Position numbers and translations under genes: made by a program. Below are positions 1 to 10,343 of a stretch of DNA of 62,379 nt, in pieces. The notes below the pieces were generated by a model that did not search any database, was not told the origin of the DNA, and saw only the letters and a list, made by a program, of their open reading frames with translations. This stretch comes from Candidatus Micrarchaeota archaeon (lineage in GTDB: Archaea; Micrarchaeota; Micrarchaeia; Anstonellales; Bilamarchaeaceae): NCBI GenBank assembly GCA_030613375.1, contig JAUWMC010000001.1, positions 1-62,379 on the forward strand, read 5' to 3'. Each line of letters starts with the position of its first letter. Position 1 is the stretch's first letter.

Positions 1-2686
1 CAACCCCAGATTCTCCATGGGTAATCTCAACCCCAAGCGCTTTCACTTCCAAAGGAAGTTTTACAGCATCACCTTCTCCCCCTTCAACCCAAAGCGTAAG
101 TTCCCCTTCCCCACGCTCAATTGCTTTTACAGGAATATACATCGAATGTGATTCCCCGCTTTCCAAACTAACATATCTAATCGGGCTTCCAAGAACCCAG
201 ATATTCTCGCTACTTTCCAGCGTAACCTTGAAGGTTTCTCTTTCTTCTCCATAATTGAATATACTTACAGGAATTGCTGCAGCATCATCTACAACCAATC
301 CTGCAGGAGGGCTCATCCTCCCAATTACATCTTTGGTTACTAGTACAGAGCTAGTTCCCATTCCCACACTAGTCCCTTCATTTGCAACTACAGTAATGTT
401 CCAGGTAGTAAGCGTATCCGGAATATGCCAGAGCACTTCCTTCTTTCCATTCTCCAAAATAATGTACGGAATCCAAAGAGCAGTCTCTATGAATTTTTCC
501 CTCACTTCAATCTCTTCCTTGCTTTTCGCTTCTGCATCCCCATTAAATGCCGCTTCAGGTACAGGCATTCCTGCCTCAGCATACACAAGACCATCCATCA
601 TTCCCCCTCTCCAGTAGTATGTATCTTCCCAACTAAATCTCACCTGGTAATTTTCCTGCGGATACCCGTAGAAATACTTGTAAATATCATTCCAATCCGC
701 TCCAGATAAATCAATAATCGCCTGGTCCACAATCGCAATTGATGCAGCAGCATTAGATCTAGAGCCAGCCTTTTCAGCATTAATCACAAGTCTTGCAATA
801 TCCCTAGGCCCATAAACAGATTCATGGTCTATCTCAACCTGAATCCAATTATTTCCCCTTACCATATAGTTTCCATAACCTCCATATTTGTTCCCATCTT
901 CAATCACGTAAAGCTGCAGGTTGCTTGTTTCATCAGCCTCAAGCACAATAGAATTAATCCCAGCCCTTATCTCAAAGAATTCAATTGAAGGCTCACTTCC
1001 CATGGAAACTACAATCAACTTCCCTCCAATCGGAGAAGTTACCGTAGCCTCAATTCCCTCCCCTTTAGAATACTCATCCTTATCCAACTGCACATCTAGA
1101 TAGTTCCAGTTCCACCAGCTCCACTCAGACACATAGAAGTATTGCGTAGTTTTAGCCCCATCCGCTTCCACAATAAGGTAATAGCTTCCGTATTCCTCAG
1201 GAGTAAACTCAAAGCTATAAGCTCCATCCACAGTTGAAAACTCAGACTCAAAAACAGGAACAGCGCTCTCATTTTCCTTTTGTTTATAATCTACATAATA
1301 GTAGTAATCCTCCCCCAAGTAAATCTTCACATTCCCGCTTACTTCAAGAGCCTCATCATGCTCATCATATGCAAGGACAGTAATCGTTCCGCTTTTGTTC
1401 GCTTCCATATCTGGAACAAGAATATCCAGATTAATCTCTTCCAGCACAGAAACAGTAGTCTCCGCCTCAGTTACAATCTCGCTTTCATCCGTAACCGAAA
1501 CTTTAATCTTATAATCCCCGGTTACATTAGTTCCGTTCCACGCAACCGTCCCAATCCCATTTTTTGTATACACAATCCCTTCTGCAACTAACTCTTCGCT
1601 CCACCATGGGCAGATGCAATAGTACGCCCGATAATATGGAACATAATGAGGACTTCTATAAATCTCAAAGTTCACTTCCGCGTCCGCAGCTCCCCCAAAA
1701 TAATAATCAGTATTCACATCCACATAAATCGTTTCATTTACTACAAATACTTCCTCCCTTGGCTTCAAACTCACAGCTATTTCCGGCCTCTTATACTCCT
1801 GCACCTCAAAGTTATACCACCCTGCATAATTATCTCCCTTCATTATGTTCACTGAATACCATCCAAGCGGAGCCTCTTCATCAATTGGAAAGTCTACAGT
1901 TACCCTGGAGTTCACAGAGCCTATAGGCTTGGAATAAACCGTATTGTAGTTTGGATCCCTTATCTCTACTGTAAAACTTCCCAAAACAGTTTCATACGTG
2001 GTCTCATTCTGCTTGAAAATTATAGATGAAATATGTACCGTTTCCCCTGGCTGGTAAAGCTCCTTATCACTAAACACATAACTGGTATGCCTTTCATAAT
2101 CTTCCCAGTATGGCTCAGGGTAATAGTTCTGGTAAATCTCAATTTCTGCAGATTCTCCCCCATATTCTCCGCGTATGTTCTCCAATCCTTCAGTTTCAAA
2201 GCTGAAAACCCCTCCAACTCCAGAAACAGTATCAAGAACTTCAATTTCCCCAGATTTGTTGTATGTAAGTAGTATTCTTCCCCCTTCAACTGGACTCCCA
2301 TCTTCTTTGTGCAGGAACATTCCCTTTCCTTCCGGTCCCAAAACAGCCATGATCCCTACTGAGCTCACACGGAACTCAGCGCTTTCCTCCTCTTCACCAT
2401 CTTTTGCAATTACAGTATAATCTCCGGAAGGAAGCTCCAGCTCAAAAGTCTCATATGAGTAGTAATAATAGTATTCCTCTTCCCCTTCTCGCTCAACAGT
2501 GCGCACTTCATGGAAAACATTTTCCCCCTCTGAATCCAGCACATCTACAACCAGCACTCCCTGTGCTCCATCTATGCTAAAGCTTATCATTTCCCCAGGC
2601 ATGTATTCCGGACTCATGCTTATCCAGAGCGAATAGTTAACACCAATCAGCAAAAGCAAAACTGCAAAAACCAAGTTCCTGTACAT
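1..2686 (-). CDS. Alpha-2-macroglobulin family secreted protein (partial; C-terminus runs off the window start)
   Basis: Absent from the ORF track because it has no stop in the window. Manual translation of segments from ATG 2686 gives signal peptide MYRNLVFAVLLLLIGVNYS, MG2-like FSDKELYQPGETVH, and A2M-domain VREKFIETALW...IPDTLTTWNITVVA...DAVKLPLEV. The start and the window-edge segment are in the same frame. Confidence 0.85.
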   Translation of the reverse strand, partial: MYRNLVFAVLLLLIGVNYSLWISMSPEYMPGEMISFSIDGAQGVLVVDVLDSEGENVFHEVRTVEREGEEEYYYYYSYETFELELPSGDYTVIAKDGEEEESAEFRVSSVGIMAVLGPEGKGMFLHKEDGSPVEGGRILLTYNKSGEIEVLDTVSGVGGVFSFETEGLENIRGEYGGESAEIEIYQNYYPEPYWEDYERHTSYVFSDKELYQPGETVHISSIIFKQNETTYETVLGSFTVEIRDPNYNTVYSKPIGSVNSRVTVDFPIDEEAPLGWYSVNIMKGDNYAGWYNFEVQEYKRPEIAVSLKPREEVFVVNETIYVDVNTDYYFGGAADAEVNFEIYRSPHYVPYYRAYYCICPWWSEELVAEGIVYTKNGIGTVAWNGTNVTGDYKIKVSVTDESEIVTEAETTVSVLEEINLDILVPDMEANKSGTITVLAYDEHDEALEVSGNVKIYLGEDYYYYVDYKQKENESAVPVFESEFSTVDGAYSFEFTPEEYGSYYLIVEADGAKTTQYFYVSEWSWWNWNYLDVQLDKDEYSKGEGIEATVTSPIGGKLIVVSMGSEPSIEFFEIRAGINSIVLEADETSNLQLYVIEDGNKYGGYGNYMVRGNNWIQVEIDHESVYGPRDIARLVINAEKAGSRSNAAASIAIVDQAIIDLSGADWNDIYKYFYGYPQENYQVRFSWEDTYYWRGGMMDGLVYAEAGMPVPEAAFNGDAEAKSKEEIEVREKFIETALWIPYIILENGKKEVLWHIPDTLTTWNITVVANEGTSVGMGTSSVLVTKDVIGRMSPPAGLVVDDAAAIPVSIFNYGEERETFKVTLESSENIWVLGSPIRYVSLESGESHSMYIPVKAIERGEGELTLWVEGGEGDAVKLPLEVKALGVEITHGESGV

Positions 2687-2787
2687 AAACTCCACACTCA
2701 ATTAATCCATTTAAATATTGCACCTTCCTTTCGGCCACTCCCGAACAACCTTAAATTTAAAAGGGTTTCCCTTCACACACCCCATCA

Positions 2788-3042
2788 ATGGACAAAAAAA
2801 TAATCAAACAGGGCGATGTGGAGATAAAAGTAAGGGTCTCTGGAGTACTCCAGAAGCACAAGTTTACCTTGAAGAAGGAGAACTCGGCTTTTGGAGACTA
2901 CTATGTTCTGGAAATAGACCAGCCTCTAATGCTTGCAGAGCTTATGCGCGCTGCAAATGAAGTTGGTTTCCCTATCCGTGCACCCACAGGATTCTTTTTC
3001 CCGAACGGAACGACCCCCAAAGACTTCCTCGTGAAAGGGTAG
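2788..3042 (+). CDS. Hypothetical protein (84 aa)
   Basis: Clean ORF downstream of a TATA-like TTTAAA; no recognisable motif. Confidence 0.65.
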   Translation: MDKKIIKQGDVEIKVRVSGVLQKHKFTLKKENSAFGDYYVLEIDQPLMLAELMRAANEVGFPIRAPTGFFFPNGTTPKDFLVKG

Positions 3043-3102
3043 AAATCCCCCATTCTTTTAAACCTCGCCTTACAAATCTGTTTTCTGTGCGGGTGTGTTC
3101 TA

Positions 3103-4461
3103 ATGACAAAGAGAAGAGTCTATCCAATAAAGGGCTATTCAGAAGAAATGGTCTCTGTTGCATTTGCAAAAACCAGCAGGAGCCCCGAATCTTTTGACAA
3201 GATAATTTCCGAACTTGATCTCGAATCCACAAAGAAATTCCATGAGACCTGGGTACTTAAATTCGGCCATGGAAGCGTTGCAGAGCACGCTTCCCTCCAT
3301 ATTGCAGCAGAAAATATTTCCCGCCTTTCAGTAGAATGCATAGAAGGCAATCGTCTTGGAGCCTACACGGAAAAATCCACCCGTTACCAAGAACTAGATA
3401 AAGAGCACGTCTATTATCCAAAAGAGTTCAAAGGAACCAAGTACGAAGATTCATACAAGGAAACAATCAACCTTCTTTTTTCCACTTACGATTCAATTCT
3501 CGCAGGAATGGTTGAATACTACCGCAAATCCACTCCAAAGAAAGAAGAGGATTCCGAAAAGAAATACGAAGCAAATCTCAAGCTCATGGCATTAGATAAT
3601 GCCCGTTTCCTCCTTCCCAACGCTACTCTCGCAAACGTAGGAATCACATTCAATTCCCGCACGCTTATGCATGCACTAAGAAAGATGCTTTCCTCCCCGC
3701 TCGCAGAAGTCCGCGAAATCGCAAAGGAAATGGAGAAAGCATCCAGGGAAGTCCTTCCAACCCTCACAGGAGAACCGAAGCCTAGTGAATACCTCGAAGA
3801 AACCGGAATCCAGTTCCACTCAGAACTTTGGGATCAGCGTTCCCCATTCGAAAAGAAAGTTGAGCTAGTTGCCTACGAAAAGGACGCACTCGAAAAAATA
3901 GTTGCATCTTTCCTCTACAAATACTCTGACCTTTCCTTCCAGGATGCAGAATCCCGTTCCAAAAAAATGAACCAGGAAGAGCGCAAATCCACAATCCAGA
4001 AAGCCCTTGAAAAACTCTCAAAGGAGCCTCCAATGCGCGAATTTGAGCATGCCTACTACACGTTTGACTTAGTAATGGACCAGGGCGCATACGCAGAATT
4101 CAAGAGACATAGGATGCTCACCCTTACAACCCAGAACCCCACAGTGCATTTAGGCCACCACACTCCTGAAGACATCAAAAAAGCTGGATTGGAATCCGAA
4201 TACACAGCAGCCCTGGAAAAGGCTACAGAAGCCTTCAAGGACATGGAGCAGGATTTCCCATATGCAGCTGGATATGTATCCACAAATGCGCACTACCGCC
4301 GCTGCCTCGCCACTTTGAACCTAAGGGAGCTCAACCACTTCATACGGCTCCGCTCAACCCCCTGGGCTCATTTTACAATAAGGGAAATTGCAAAAGGAAT
4401 GCTTGAAGAAATACAAAAGGTCCACCCTGACCTCACATTCTGGATTGAATCAAGAAGCTGA
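3103..4461 (+). CDS. thyX: FAD-dependent thymidylate synthase ThyX, tandem two-domain type
   Basis: GHGSVAEH, EKSTRY, ARFLLP, FNSRTL in the first half; REFEH, EFKRHRM, NLRELNHFIRLR..HFTIR in the second half. Confidence 0.9.
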   Translation: MTKRRVYPIKGYSEEMVSVAFAKTSRSPESFDKIISELDLESTKKFHETWVLKFGHGSVAEHASLHIAAENISRLSVECIEGNRLGAYTEKSTRYQELDKEHVYYPKEFKGTKYEDSYKETINLLFSTYDSILAGMVEYYRKSTPKKEEDSEKKYEANLKLMALDNARFLLPNATLANVGITFNSRTLMHALRKMLSSPLAEVREIAKEMEKASREVLPTLTGEPKPSEYLEETGIQFHSELWDQRSPFEKKVELVAYEKDALEKIVASFLYKYSDLSFQDAESRSKKMNQEERKSTIQKALEKLSKEPPMREFEHAYYTFDLVMDQGAYAEFKRHRMLTLTTQNPTVHLGHHTPEDIKKAGLESEYTAALEKATEAFKDMEQDFPYAAGYVSTNAHYRRCLATLNLRELNHFIRLRSTPWAHFTIREIAKGMLEEIQKVHPDLTFWIESRS

Positions 4462-4827
4462 TCCTATTTCCACCCTTCCATATACATTGCTTACACTAAA
4501 TCTATCCCCATCTTCATAACAAGAAACATCACAATGCTCAATATCACCAACCCCACTCTGCTCCCCCACAGTAGCCTTAATCACATCTCCAGAGCACTCA
4601 AGATCAACTTCCCATCCAAGCCCAACAATCCGGGAATTCCCATCTCCTAAAGCGCAAACCTCATCCCCAGCACTCTTCAAACTAGAAACAGCAATCTTAG
4701 CTTTCTCAGAAGAAGTAAGCTGAGTCTCAGCATCTCTAATAACAACAAGAGCCCCAACAGAAAACGCAATCAGCACTAAGCCTACTGAAAACAGAAGTAG
4801 ATACTCAACAGTCACTTGTCCTTTCAT
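4450..4827 (-). CDS. Class III signal peptide (type IV pilin-like) protein
   Basis: MKGQ/VTVEYLLL prepilin cleavage motif followed by a hydrophobic helix; ATGA overlap with the upstream pilin gene. Confidence 0.85.
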   Translation of the reverse strand: MKGQVTVEYLLLFSVGLVLIAFSVGALVVIRDAETQLTSSEKAKIAVSSLKSAGDEVCALGDGNSRIVGLGWEVDLECSGDVIKATVGEQSGVGDIEHCDVSCYEDGDRFSVSNVYGRVEIGSAS

Positions 4828-5060
4828 GAGCATCTATTGTCCGAGCAGCTTCCGGATTTGCAGTCTTCACCATCAACACAAGGGTCTCCTGCATCCCCCT
4901 TGGAAAGCTCATTTACATCCGAAAGCACATCTTTACCCTGCTCTTGGACCTGTTCTCCTGCACTCTTGCCCAAATCCATCAGATACACTGCGGCAATTGC
5001 AACAATCGCAATAACTACCGCAAGTAATATCAGCATCTCCGCGGATACTTGTCCTTTCAT
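4824..5060 (-). CDS. Small class III signal peptide pilin-like protein with Cys-rich tip
   Basis: MKGQVSAEMLILLAVVIAIV; C-terminal C-x5-C-x3-C-x4-C. Confidence 0.85.
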   Translation of the reverse strand: MKGQVSAEMLILLAVVIAIVAIAAVYLMDLGKSAGEQVQEQGKDVLSDVNELSKGDAGDPCVDGEDCKSGSCSDNRCS

Positions 5061-5064
5061 AAAT

Positions 5065-5814
5065 TCACCTAATATACGTAATGTCTTTTTGGCTTCCAGC
5101 CATCTGGTGCTCTACTTCTTTCTCGATTTTACTGATGACCTTCTCCCTAGTTTGAGCTTCTTTCTCAAGCTCAGAAATATCTATCTTGAAGTCCAGCAAT
5201 TCCGCAAGCTTCTCAACTACGTTCTTTGCAGATGTATGGTCCACATAACTTCCATGAGTCTCTCCCATGATGCAAATCCCATCCAGTTTCCTCAATTTAG
5301 CAAGCCCTGGAAGCAATCCCGCAACTCCTACAATAGATCCGCGAGTCTCCCCAAACACAACTCCTTTCTTTTCATACTCTCTCTTAAGTCTCTTGTTGTT
5401 TGCAGATCCAAATATTCTCCTGCTTTTCTCTACCTTTCCGGTACTATACCCCCCAATAGTAATCACAAGCTTCACTCCAAGTTTCTGTACATAATCCAAA
5501 AGTGCATCCGCAACCTCGTACTGCCCCACGCTTGAAACAGCCTGTACATCTCCAATTACTACAAGCAAATCCCGCTTTTTCGCTTTCACCTGGTATACCG
5601 TATTCTTAAGCAGCCTCATCCCTCCTTTTTTGTTCATCAGAACCTGATGCGGAAAGTGAGGTGAGTAAATCTCAGCAATTTTTTCCCCCTTCATCTTTTT
5701 GATCATGTATTTTGCAGCAACCTGCCCAACCAGACCGATTCCAGGAAGTCCGGTAACCATTACAGGGTCTTTTAGCTTAACTTTCCTTTTTTCCTTTATG
5801 AGTGTTTTATCCAT
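5065..5814 (-). CDS. PAC2 family proteasome assembly chaperone
   Basis: GLPGIGLVG, IYSPHFP, TIGGY, MGETHG; conserved position after nop10; start reassigned to ATG 5814. Confidence 0.9.
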   Translation of the reverse strand: MDKTLIKEKRKVKLKDPVMVTGLPGIGLVGQVAAKYMIKKMKGEKIAEIYSPHFPHQVLMNKKGGMRLLKNTVYQVKAKKRDLLVVIGDVQAVSSVGQYEVADALLDYVQKLGVKLVITIGGYSTGKVEKSRRIFGSANNKRLKREYEKKGVVFGETRGSIVGVAGLLPGLAKLRKLDGICIMGETHGSYVDHTSAKNVVEKLAELLDFKIDISELEKEAQTREKVISKIEKEVEHQMAGSQKDITYIR

Positions 5815-5962
5815 CAGCAATCCCCTTCGCTTTCCTACGATACTTTGCATATCTATCGTTAGGATTATATTTAGGTGGGTGTGCAGAAATAGTTTTTTCC
5901 TCACAGTGCTTTTCCTCTAGAGTATACTCCCCACAGGAAACGCACTTGTTCATCTTTTTCAT
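5807..5962 (-). CDS. nop10: H/ACA RNP protein Nop10 (51 aa, below the ORF-track cutoff)
   Basis: Manual translation MKKMNKCVSCGEYTLEEKHCEEKTISAHPPKYNPNDRYAKYRRKAKGIADG; canonical position after aIF2a. Confidence 0.92.
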   Translation of the reverse strand: MKKMNKCVSCGEYTLEEKHCEEKTISAHPPKYNPNDRYAKYRRKAKGIADG

Positions 5963-6705
5963 TTTTCGTCCTCTGTGGAAAATTCATAATCCTTTCCACT
6001 GAGGCCCTTTTCCACAGAACTGATTAGCTTGTCCATCTTCTTGTTCGCACTCTTGTAATCATCAGCAGTAATCCTTACTCTGTATTTTCCAGGGCCAAGG
6101 TAGTGCGCATCTATCTTCCCAAGGGTTGAGCGTATTATCTCAACCCCATCGGGTTCATAGCATTTGACCATGATAATCTTGCTTACTTCAATAATCGGTT
6201 TCTTTACTGATTTTTTTACTATCTCCACAATCTCATCGTGGAGTGCTCCCTTTACATCTATTCCTTCAAATGATTTATCTCCCTCATCCCTTACATCTTC
6301 AAGAAAATCATAAAGAGTCTCATATTGTGCAAGAATCTCCTCCCGGAGTTTTTCAAAGGATTTCTTGGATTTTGCATTCTTTATTGCAACTCCAAGCAAT
6401 TTCGTAGCGCGTGTATTCCTTCGCACTGCCTCCAGTTTCCTCTTTTTCTCCTCCTCATTCACTCTCTTTATGGAAACATCAACCTGTGCTTTTTCCAAAT
6501 CAATGCGATGCACACGCACCACATGCGTTTGATTTACTGAAATAAATTCATGAATATTTTTTATCCAGCGAGGTGCAACCTCAGAAATATGCATAAACGC
6601 TTCTACGCCTTCATATTCCTTTAGGGAAAGAAACGCCCCATAGGGCATAATCTTAGTTATTGTAGCGATAACCAGCTCATCCCTCGCAGGATATTTTTGT
6701 GCCAT
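5959..6705 (-). CDS. eif2a: Translation initiation factor 2 alpha subunit
   Basis: S1 domain YP..ELVIATI..YGAF..L.EY...FMHISEVAPRWIKNI; YLGPGKYR. Confidence 0.95.
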   Translation of the reverse strand: MAQKYPARDELVIATITKIMPYGAFLSLKEYEGVEAFMHISEVAPRWIKNIHEFISVNQTHVVRVHRIDLEKAQVDVSIKRVNEEEKKRKLEAVRRNTRATKLLGVAIKNAKSKKSFEKLREEILAQYETLYDFLEDVRDEGDKSFEGIDVKGALHDEIVEIVKKSVKKPIIEVSKIIMVKCYEPDGVEIIRSTLGKIDAHYLGPGKYRVRITADDYKSANKKMDKLISSVEKGLSGKDYEFSTEDEK

Positions 6706-6706
6706 T

Positions 6707-6877
6707 TCACTCCTCCAGCTCTTTCACAACCGTTCCGTTGGTTATGATGGCCTTTCCTCCCGAGGGGGAAGCTAGCCTTTTCCCGCAAACCTTGCAGTCT
6801 ACTGGGCTGGATGCATGGCTAAATATGTTCTGTTCATTTCCACACTCACATTTTACAACTAGGAATTTGCTTGTCAT
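6707..6877 (-). CDS. rps27e: 30S ribosomal protein S27e (56 aa, below the ORF-track cutoff)
   Basis: Manual translation [45 protein letters not shown]; lies between rpl44e and aIF2a. Confidence 0.95.
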   Translation of the reverse strand: MTSKFLVVKCECGNEQNIFSHASSPVDCKVCGKRLASPSGGKAIITNGTVVKELEE

Positions 6878-6882
6878 AATAA

Positions 6883-7164
6883 TTACCTCTGTATTTCCAC
6901 CTTTTTCTTGGTCCTTCCCCTTAGTACCCTAGGGGTTTTCTTGCTGCATTCTGGGCAAGTAAGCATTAATTTCTGCCTCTTTCCTTGTTTCTTCACAGTC
7001 TTTTCACCGGCTCTTTTTCCACCGTGCCCGAGAAGGGAGCGCTTGTGCTTTCTGTTACCAATAGCCATAGTTCTGGCCTTGCCCTTGCTCGCAACCTTCA
7101 CTTTCATCTTTACATGCTTCCGGCAGTGCGGACAGTATGTGTTAACTTCCTTTGGAAATTTCAT
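6883..7164 (-). CDS. rpl44e: 50S ribosomal protein L44e
   Basis: [17 protein letters not shown]...GHGG...LTCPECSK; start reassigned to ATG 7164. Confidence 0.95.
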   Translation of the reverse strand: MKFPKEVNTYCPHCRKHVKMKVKVASKGKARTMAIGNRKHKRSLLGHGGKRAGEKTVKKQGKRQKLMLTCPECSKKTPRVLRGRTKKKVEIQR

Positions 7165-7180
7165 AAAAAACACCTTTTTT

Positions 7181-7702
7181 CTATGCAAGCAGCTCTGCCA
7201 TCTTCTCTTTCAGAAGCCATCTGGCCTCCTCTGATGGTAAATCCACTTCTTCACCCGTCTTAAAGGGTCCATATACGTTATCGTCTAAACCTTTATACGG
7301 GCTAATATCTTTGAGTAGCCTAACTCTTTTAATATTATCCTTTTTACCACTCCCGTTTTTCTCCTCGAAAATAAATGCCAATTGGGCCTCATTTGCTTCA
7401 ATCGCTCTGGAGAGATGCCCGAGGAAATCCGCTTCCTCGCTAGTCATACCGGTAGTCTCATTTTTCCCCCGGAGCGCAAGCAGAACCAATTTCTCATTTC
7501 TCTTGTTTACAATTGCCTTTGCAATCTTGCGCAAATTCTCATATTCTTTAATCACAAGAAGGTTTTGGGAATCCATTGCCTCATCCTTTTTCTCCTCAAG
7601 GAATGCTTTTACTTGAGAGTAGAAGTCCTCTTCCACCACACATAATTCGCTAGAGGATATCTCGGATCGCTGCATTTCTCTAAGTTTTGCATAATTAAGC
7701 AT
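7181..7702 (-). CDS. DNA replication complex GINS family protein (Gins51/Gins15 type)
   Basis: DFYSQV...KRNEKLV...MTSEE; C-terminal B domain YKGLDDNVYGPFKTGEEVDLP; conserved position upstream of rpl44e. Confidence 0.85.
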   Translation of the reverse strand: MLNYAKLREMQRSEISSSELCVVEEDFYSQVKAFLEEKKDEAMDSQNLLVIKEYENLRKIAKAIVNKRNEKLVLLALRGKNETTGMTSEEADFLGHLSRAIEANEAQLAFIFEEKNGSGKKDNIKRVRLLKDISPYKGLDDNVYGPFKTGEEVDLPSEEARWLLKEKMAELLA

Positions 7703-7836
7703 TAAGTTCTCCCAAACCCCATTTTGTTCGGAAGTGCTTAAAAAACAGCCAGATGCCGAAGAAAAGAGGGAACCTTTAAATTACTGCCCAACATATTAAT
7801 TTAATTACAATACATTGGGTGGGTGTGTTTGGCATT

Positions 7837-8499
7837 ATGTCGCTTAGCCAAAAATCTGAAGTAGAGATACTTCCAGCAATTCTTGTAAAAGACAGGAGCC
7901 ACTTCCTGGAACAGCTAGAAATAGTCAAGCCTCATGTTAAGGGAGTACATATTGACATTATGGATGACGTTTTCGTTCCAAACAAAACACTTGGTCCAGA
8001 GGAGCTCAAGCCCCTCCCCCCAGGATTAGAGTATTCCCTCCATTGGATGGTTGAATCCCCTGAGGAATGGATTGCCAAACTTCCTGGCCCCCACATTCAT
8101 ATGATTCATGTGGAAACCGTAAAATCACCCTCTCATTTTGATGAAATCGAAAAAGCAGTCAAATCCGCGGGCGGAAAGCTTGCAATTTCCCTGAACCCTG
8201 GAACCCGCCTAGAAGATATTCTTCCTTACAAAGACCGCGTTATGCGTTTTCTTGTAATGTCTGTAATCCCTGGTTTCGATGGCCAAAAATATATCCAGGA
8301 AGTCGAGCCCAAAATAGAAAGACTCAGGGAGTGTTGTCCCCACCATGAAATCGAAGTAGATGGTGGTATCAATTTCGAAACCGCCCCCCGTGCAGCACAT
8401 GCAGGCGCAAACGTACTTGCAAGCGCCAGCACCATTTTCCGTGCAGATAACCCCGGGGAAGCAATCAAGAAACTCAAAAAACTTGCAGAAGAGGCGTAA
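7837..8499 (+). CDS. rpe: Ribulose-phosphate 3-epimerase
   Basis: HIDIMDDVFVPN, HWMV, LNPGT, MSVIPGFDGQ, IEVDGGIN. Confidence 0.93.
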   Translation: MSLSQKSEVEILPAILVKDRSHFLEQLEIVKPHVKGVHIDIMDDVFVPNKTLGPEELKPLPPGLEYSLHWMVESPEEWIAKLPGPHIHMIHVETVKSPSHFDEIEKAVKSAGGKLAISLNPGTRLEDILPYKDRVMRFLVMSVIPGFDGQKYIQEVEPKIERLRECCPHHEIEVDGGINFETAPRAAHAGANVLASASTIFRADNPGEAIKKLKKLAEEA

Positions 8500-8501
8500 A
8501 A

Positions 8502-9362
8502 ATGCCAAGAAGATTCCCAAAAGTAAATGACCTAAAAAAGCTGAAGCTTATCGCCAACACGATAAGGAAGGACGTAATCCAGATGCTTGAAGAAGCAAAG
8601 TCCGGCCATTCTGCAGGATCTATTGGTCTCGCAGACATCTTCACCGCGCTTTACTTCAACGTGCTTTACCATGACCCCAAAGATCCAAATTGGGAGGAGC
8701 GCGACCGTTTTGTTCTTTCCAACGGCCACGTTTGTCCGGTAATGTATGCCGCACTCGCAAATGCAGGCTATTTTCCCAAGGAGGAACTTCTTACCCTAAG
8801 AAAACTGGGTTCAAGATTGCAGGGCCATCCACACAGAGGTTCCCTCCCAGGAATTGAGAACTCTTCCGGACCTCTAGGCCAGGGATTTTCTATTGCTGTA
8901 GGAATGGCCCTTGTTGCAAAAAAGGAGCGCAAACGCTGGAGAGTCTATACAATAGTCTCTGATGGAGAACAGCAGGAAGGCCAGGTTTGGGAAGCAGCAA
9001 TGCTCGCTTCTAAATATGGGCTCGGAAATCTTACTGCAATAATGGACCGCAACAATATCCAAATTGACGGATTCACAGAAGAAATAAACCCACTTGGGCC
9101 AATAGTTGCAAAATACCGCGCATTTGGCTGGCACGTAATTGAAGTTGACGGTCATAACATAAAAAGTCTGATAGATGCATGCGAGGAATCCAAGGCAATT
9201 TACGAAAGTCCTACAATGATTATTGCACACACAATCCCCGGAAAAGGAATCCCCTTTATGGAATTCCTTACTGAGTGGCACGGAAAATCTCCTACAAAGG
9301 AACAGGCAGCAGAAGCCTACAAAATACTCGAGCTTGATAGGCGCGAAGTGGAGGAGGAGTGA
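8502..9362 (+). CDS. tkt: Transketolase, N-terminal (TPP-binding) subunit
   Basis: SGHSAGS, DRFVLSNGH, LQGHP, GPLGQG, SDGEQQEG, WHGK. Confidence 0.95.
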   Translation: MPRRFPKVNDLKKLKLIANTIRKDVIQMLEEAKSGHSAGSIGLADIFTALYFNVLYHDPKDPNWEERDRFVLSNGHVCPVMYAALANAGYFPKEELLTLRKLGSRLQGHPHRGSLPGIENSSGPLGQGFSIAVGMALVAKKERKRWRVYTIVSDGEQQEGQVWEAAMLASKYGLGNLTAIMDRNNIQIDGFTEEINPLGPIVAKYRAFGWHVIEVDGHNIKSLIDACEESKAIYESPTMIIAHTIPGKGIPFMEFLTEWHGKSPTKEQAAEAYKILELDRREVEEE

Positions 9363-9367
9363 TTCAG

Positions 9368-10339
9368 ATGGCAGCAATTTCCTACAACAAAAACCCTGAA
9401 GAAAAGAAGGGCACCCGTGACGGATTCGGAAAGGCACTTGTAGAACTCGGCGAGAAAGATCCGAATGTATGGGCCCTCACCGCAGATGTTTCTGAATCCT
9501 CCCGTACTCATTGGTTTGCAGAGAAATTCCCCAGTAGATTCATACAGATCGGAATCGCAGAGCAGAATATGGCAGGAGTTGCAGCAGGAATCGCTTCCTG
9601 TGGAAAGCGCCCGTTTATTTCCGCATTTGGAGCATTTTCACCAGGAAGAAACTGGGAGCAAATTCGTGTCTCTATTTGCTACAACAACGTTCCGGTAGTA
9701 ATCCACGCATCCCACACCGGAATCACGGTTGGCCCGGACGGAGCATCTCACCAGATTCTTGAGGACATTGCAATGATCCGTTCTCTTCCGAACATAAATG
9801 TGCTTGTTCCTTGTGATATTGAACAGGCCAAGAAGGCCACTTGGATTCTTTACGAGCAAAATATGCCAGGATACATGCGCACAAGCAGGGAAAAAATCCC
9901 CACCATGACCAATGCAGAAACCCCAATGGAACTCGGTGGCTCAAATATTTATAAGGAAGGAAAGGATGTTGCAATCCTCTCCCATGGCCCAATCCTCTAC
10001 CAGTCTGTTCTTGCAGCAGAGGAACTTGAAAAAGAAGGCATCTCCGCAGCAGTTGTGGATATGTACTCCATAAAGCCCATAGACGAGATTCAGATTAAGG
10101 AAATGGCCAAGAACACAGGACTTATAGTAACAGCAGAAGAGCACCAGGTAGTCGGAGGTCTTGGAAGCGCAGTTGCCGAAGTTCTTTCTTCCTACAAGAA
10201 CGATACGATTCTCCGCAGGCATGGAATCTACAACCGCTTTTGCGAGTCCGGTTCTGCACAGGAGCTCATGGCTAAATATGAATTAGATTCAAAAGGAATT
10301 GCTAAAATAGTAAAAGAAGAGATAGAGAAAAAAGGGTGA
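9368..10339 (+). CDS. tkt: Transketolase, C-terminal subunit
   Basis: [35 protein letters not shown]. Confidence 0.95.
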   Translation: MAAISYNKNPEEKKGTRDGFGKALVELGEKDPNVWALTADVSESSRTHWFAEKFPSRFIQIGIAEQNMAGVAAGIASCGKRPFISAFGAFSPGRNWEQIRVSICYNNVPVVIHASHTGITVGPDGASHQILEDIAMIRSLPNINVLVPCDIEQAKKATWILYEQNMPGYMRTSREKIPTMTNAETPMELGGSNIYKEGKDVAILSHGPILYQSVLAAEELEKEGISAAVVDMYSIKPIDEIQIKEMAKNTGLIVTAEEHQVVGGLGSAVAEVLSSYKNDTILRRHGIYNRFCESGSAQELMAKYELDSKGIAKIVKEEIEKKG

Positions 10340-10343
10340 AAAT

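Noticed and set aside
4816..5535. Long antisense ORFs (also 38101-38799, 42594-43262, 22837-23424 and many shorter ones)
   Set aside because: They are shadows of well-supported genes on the opposite strand, with no motifs of their own.
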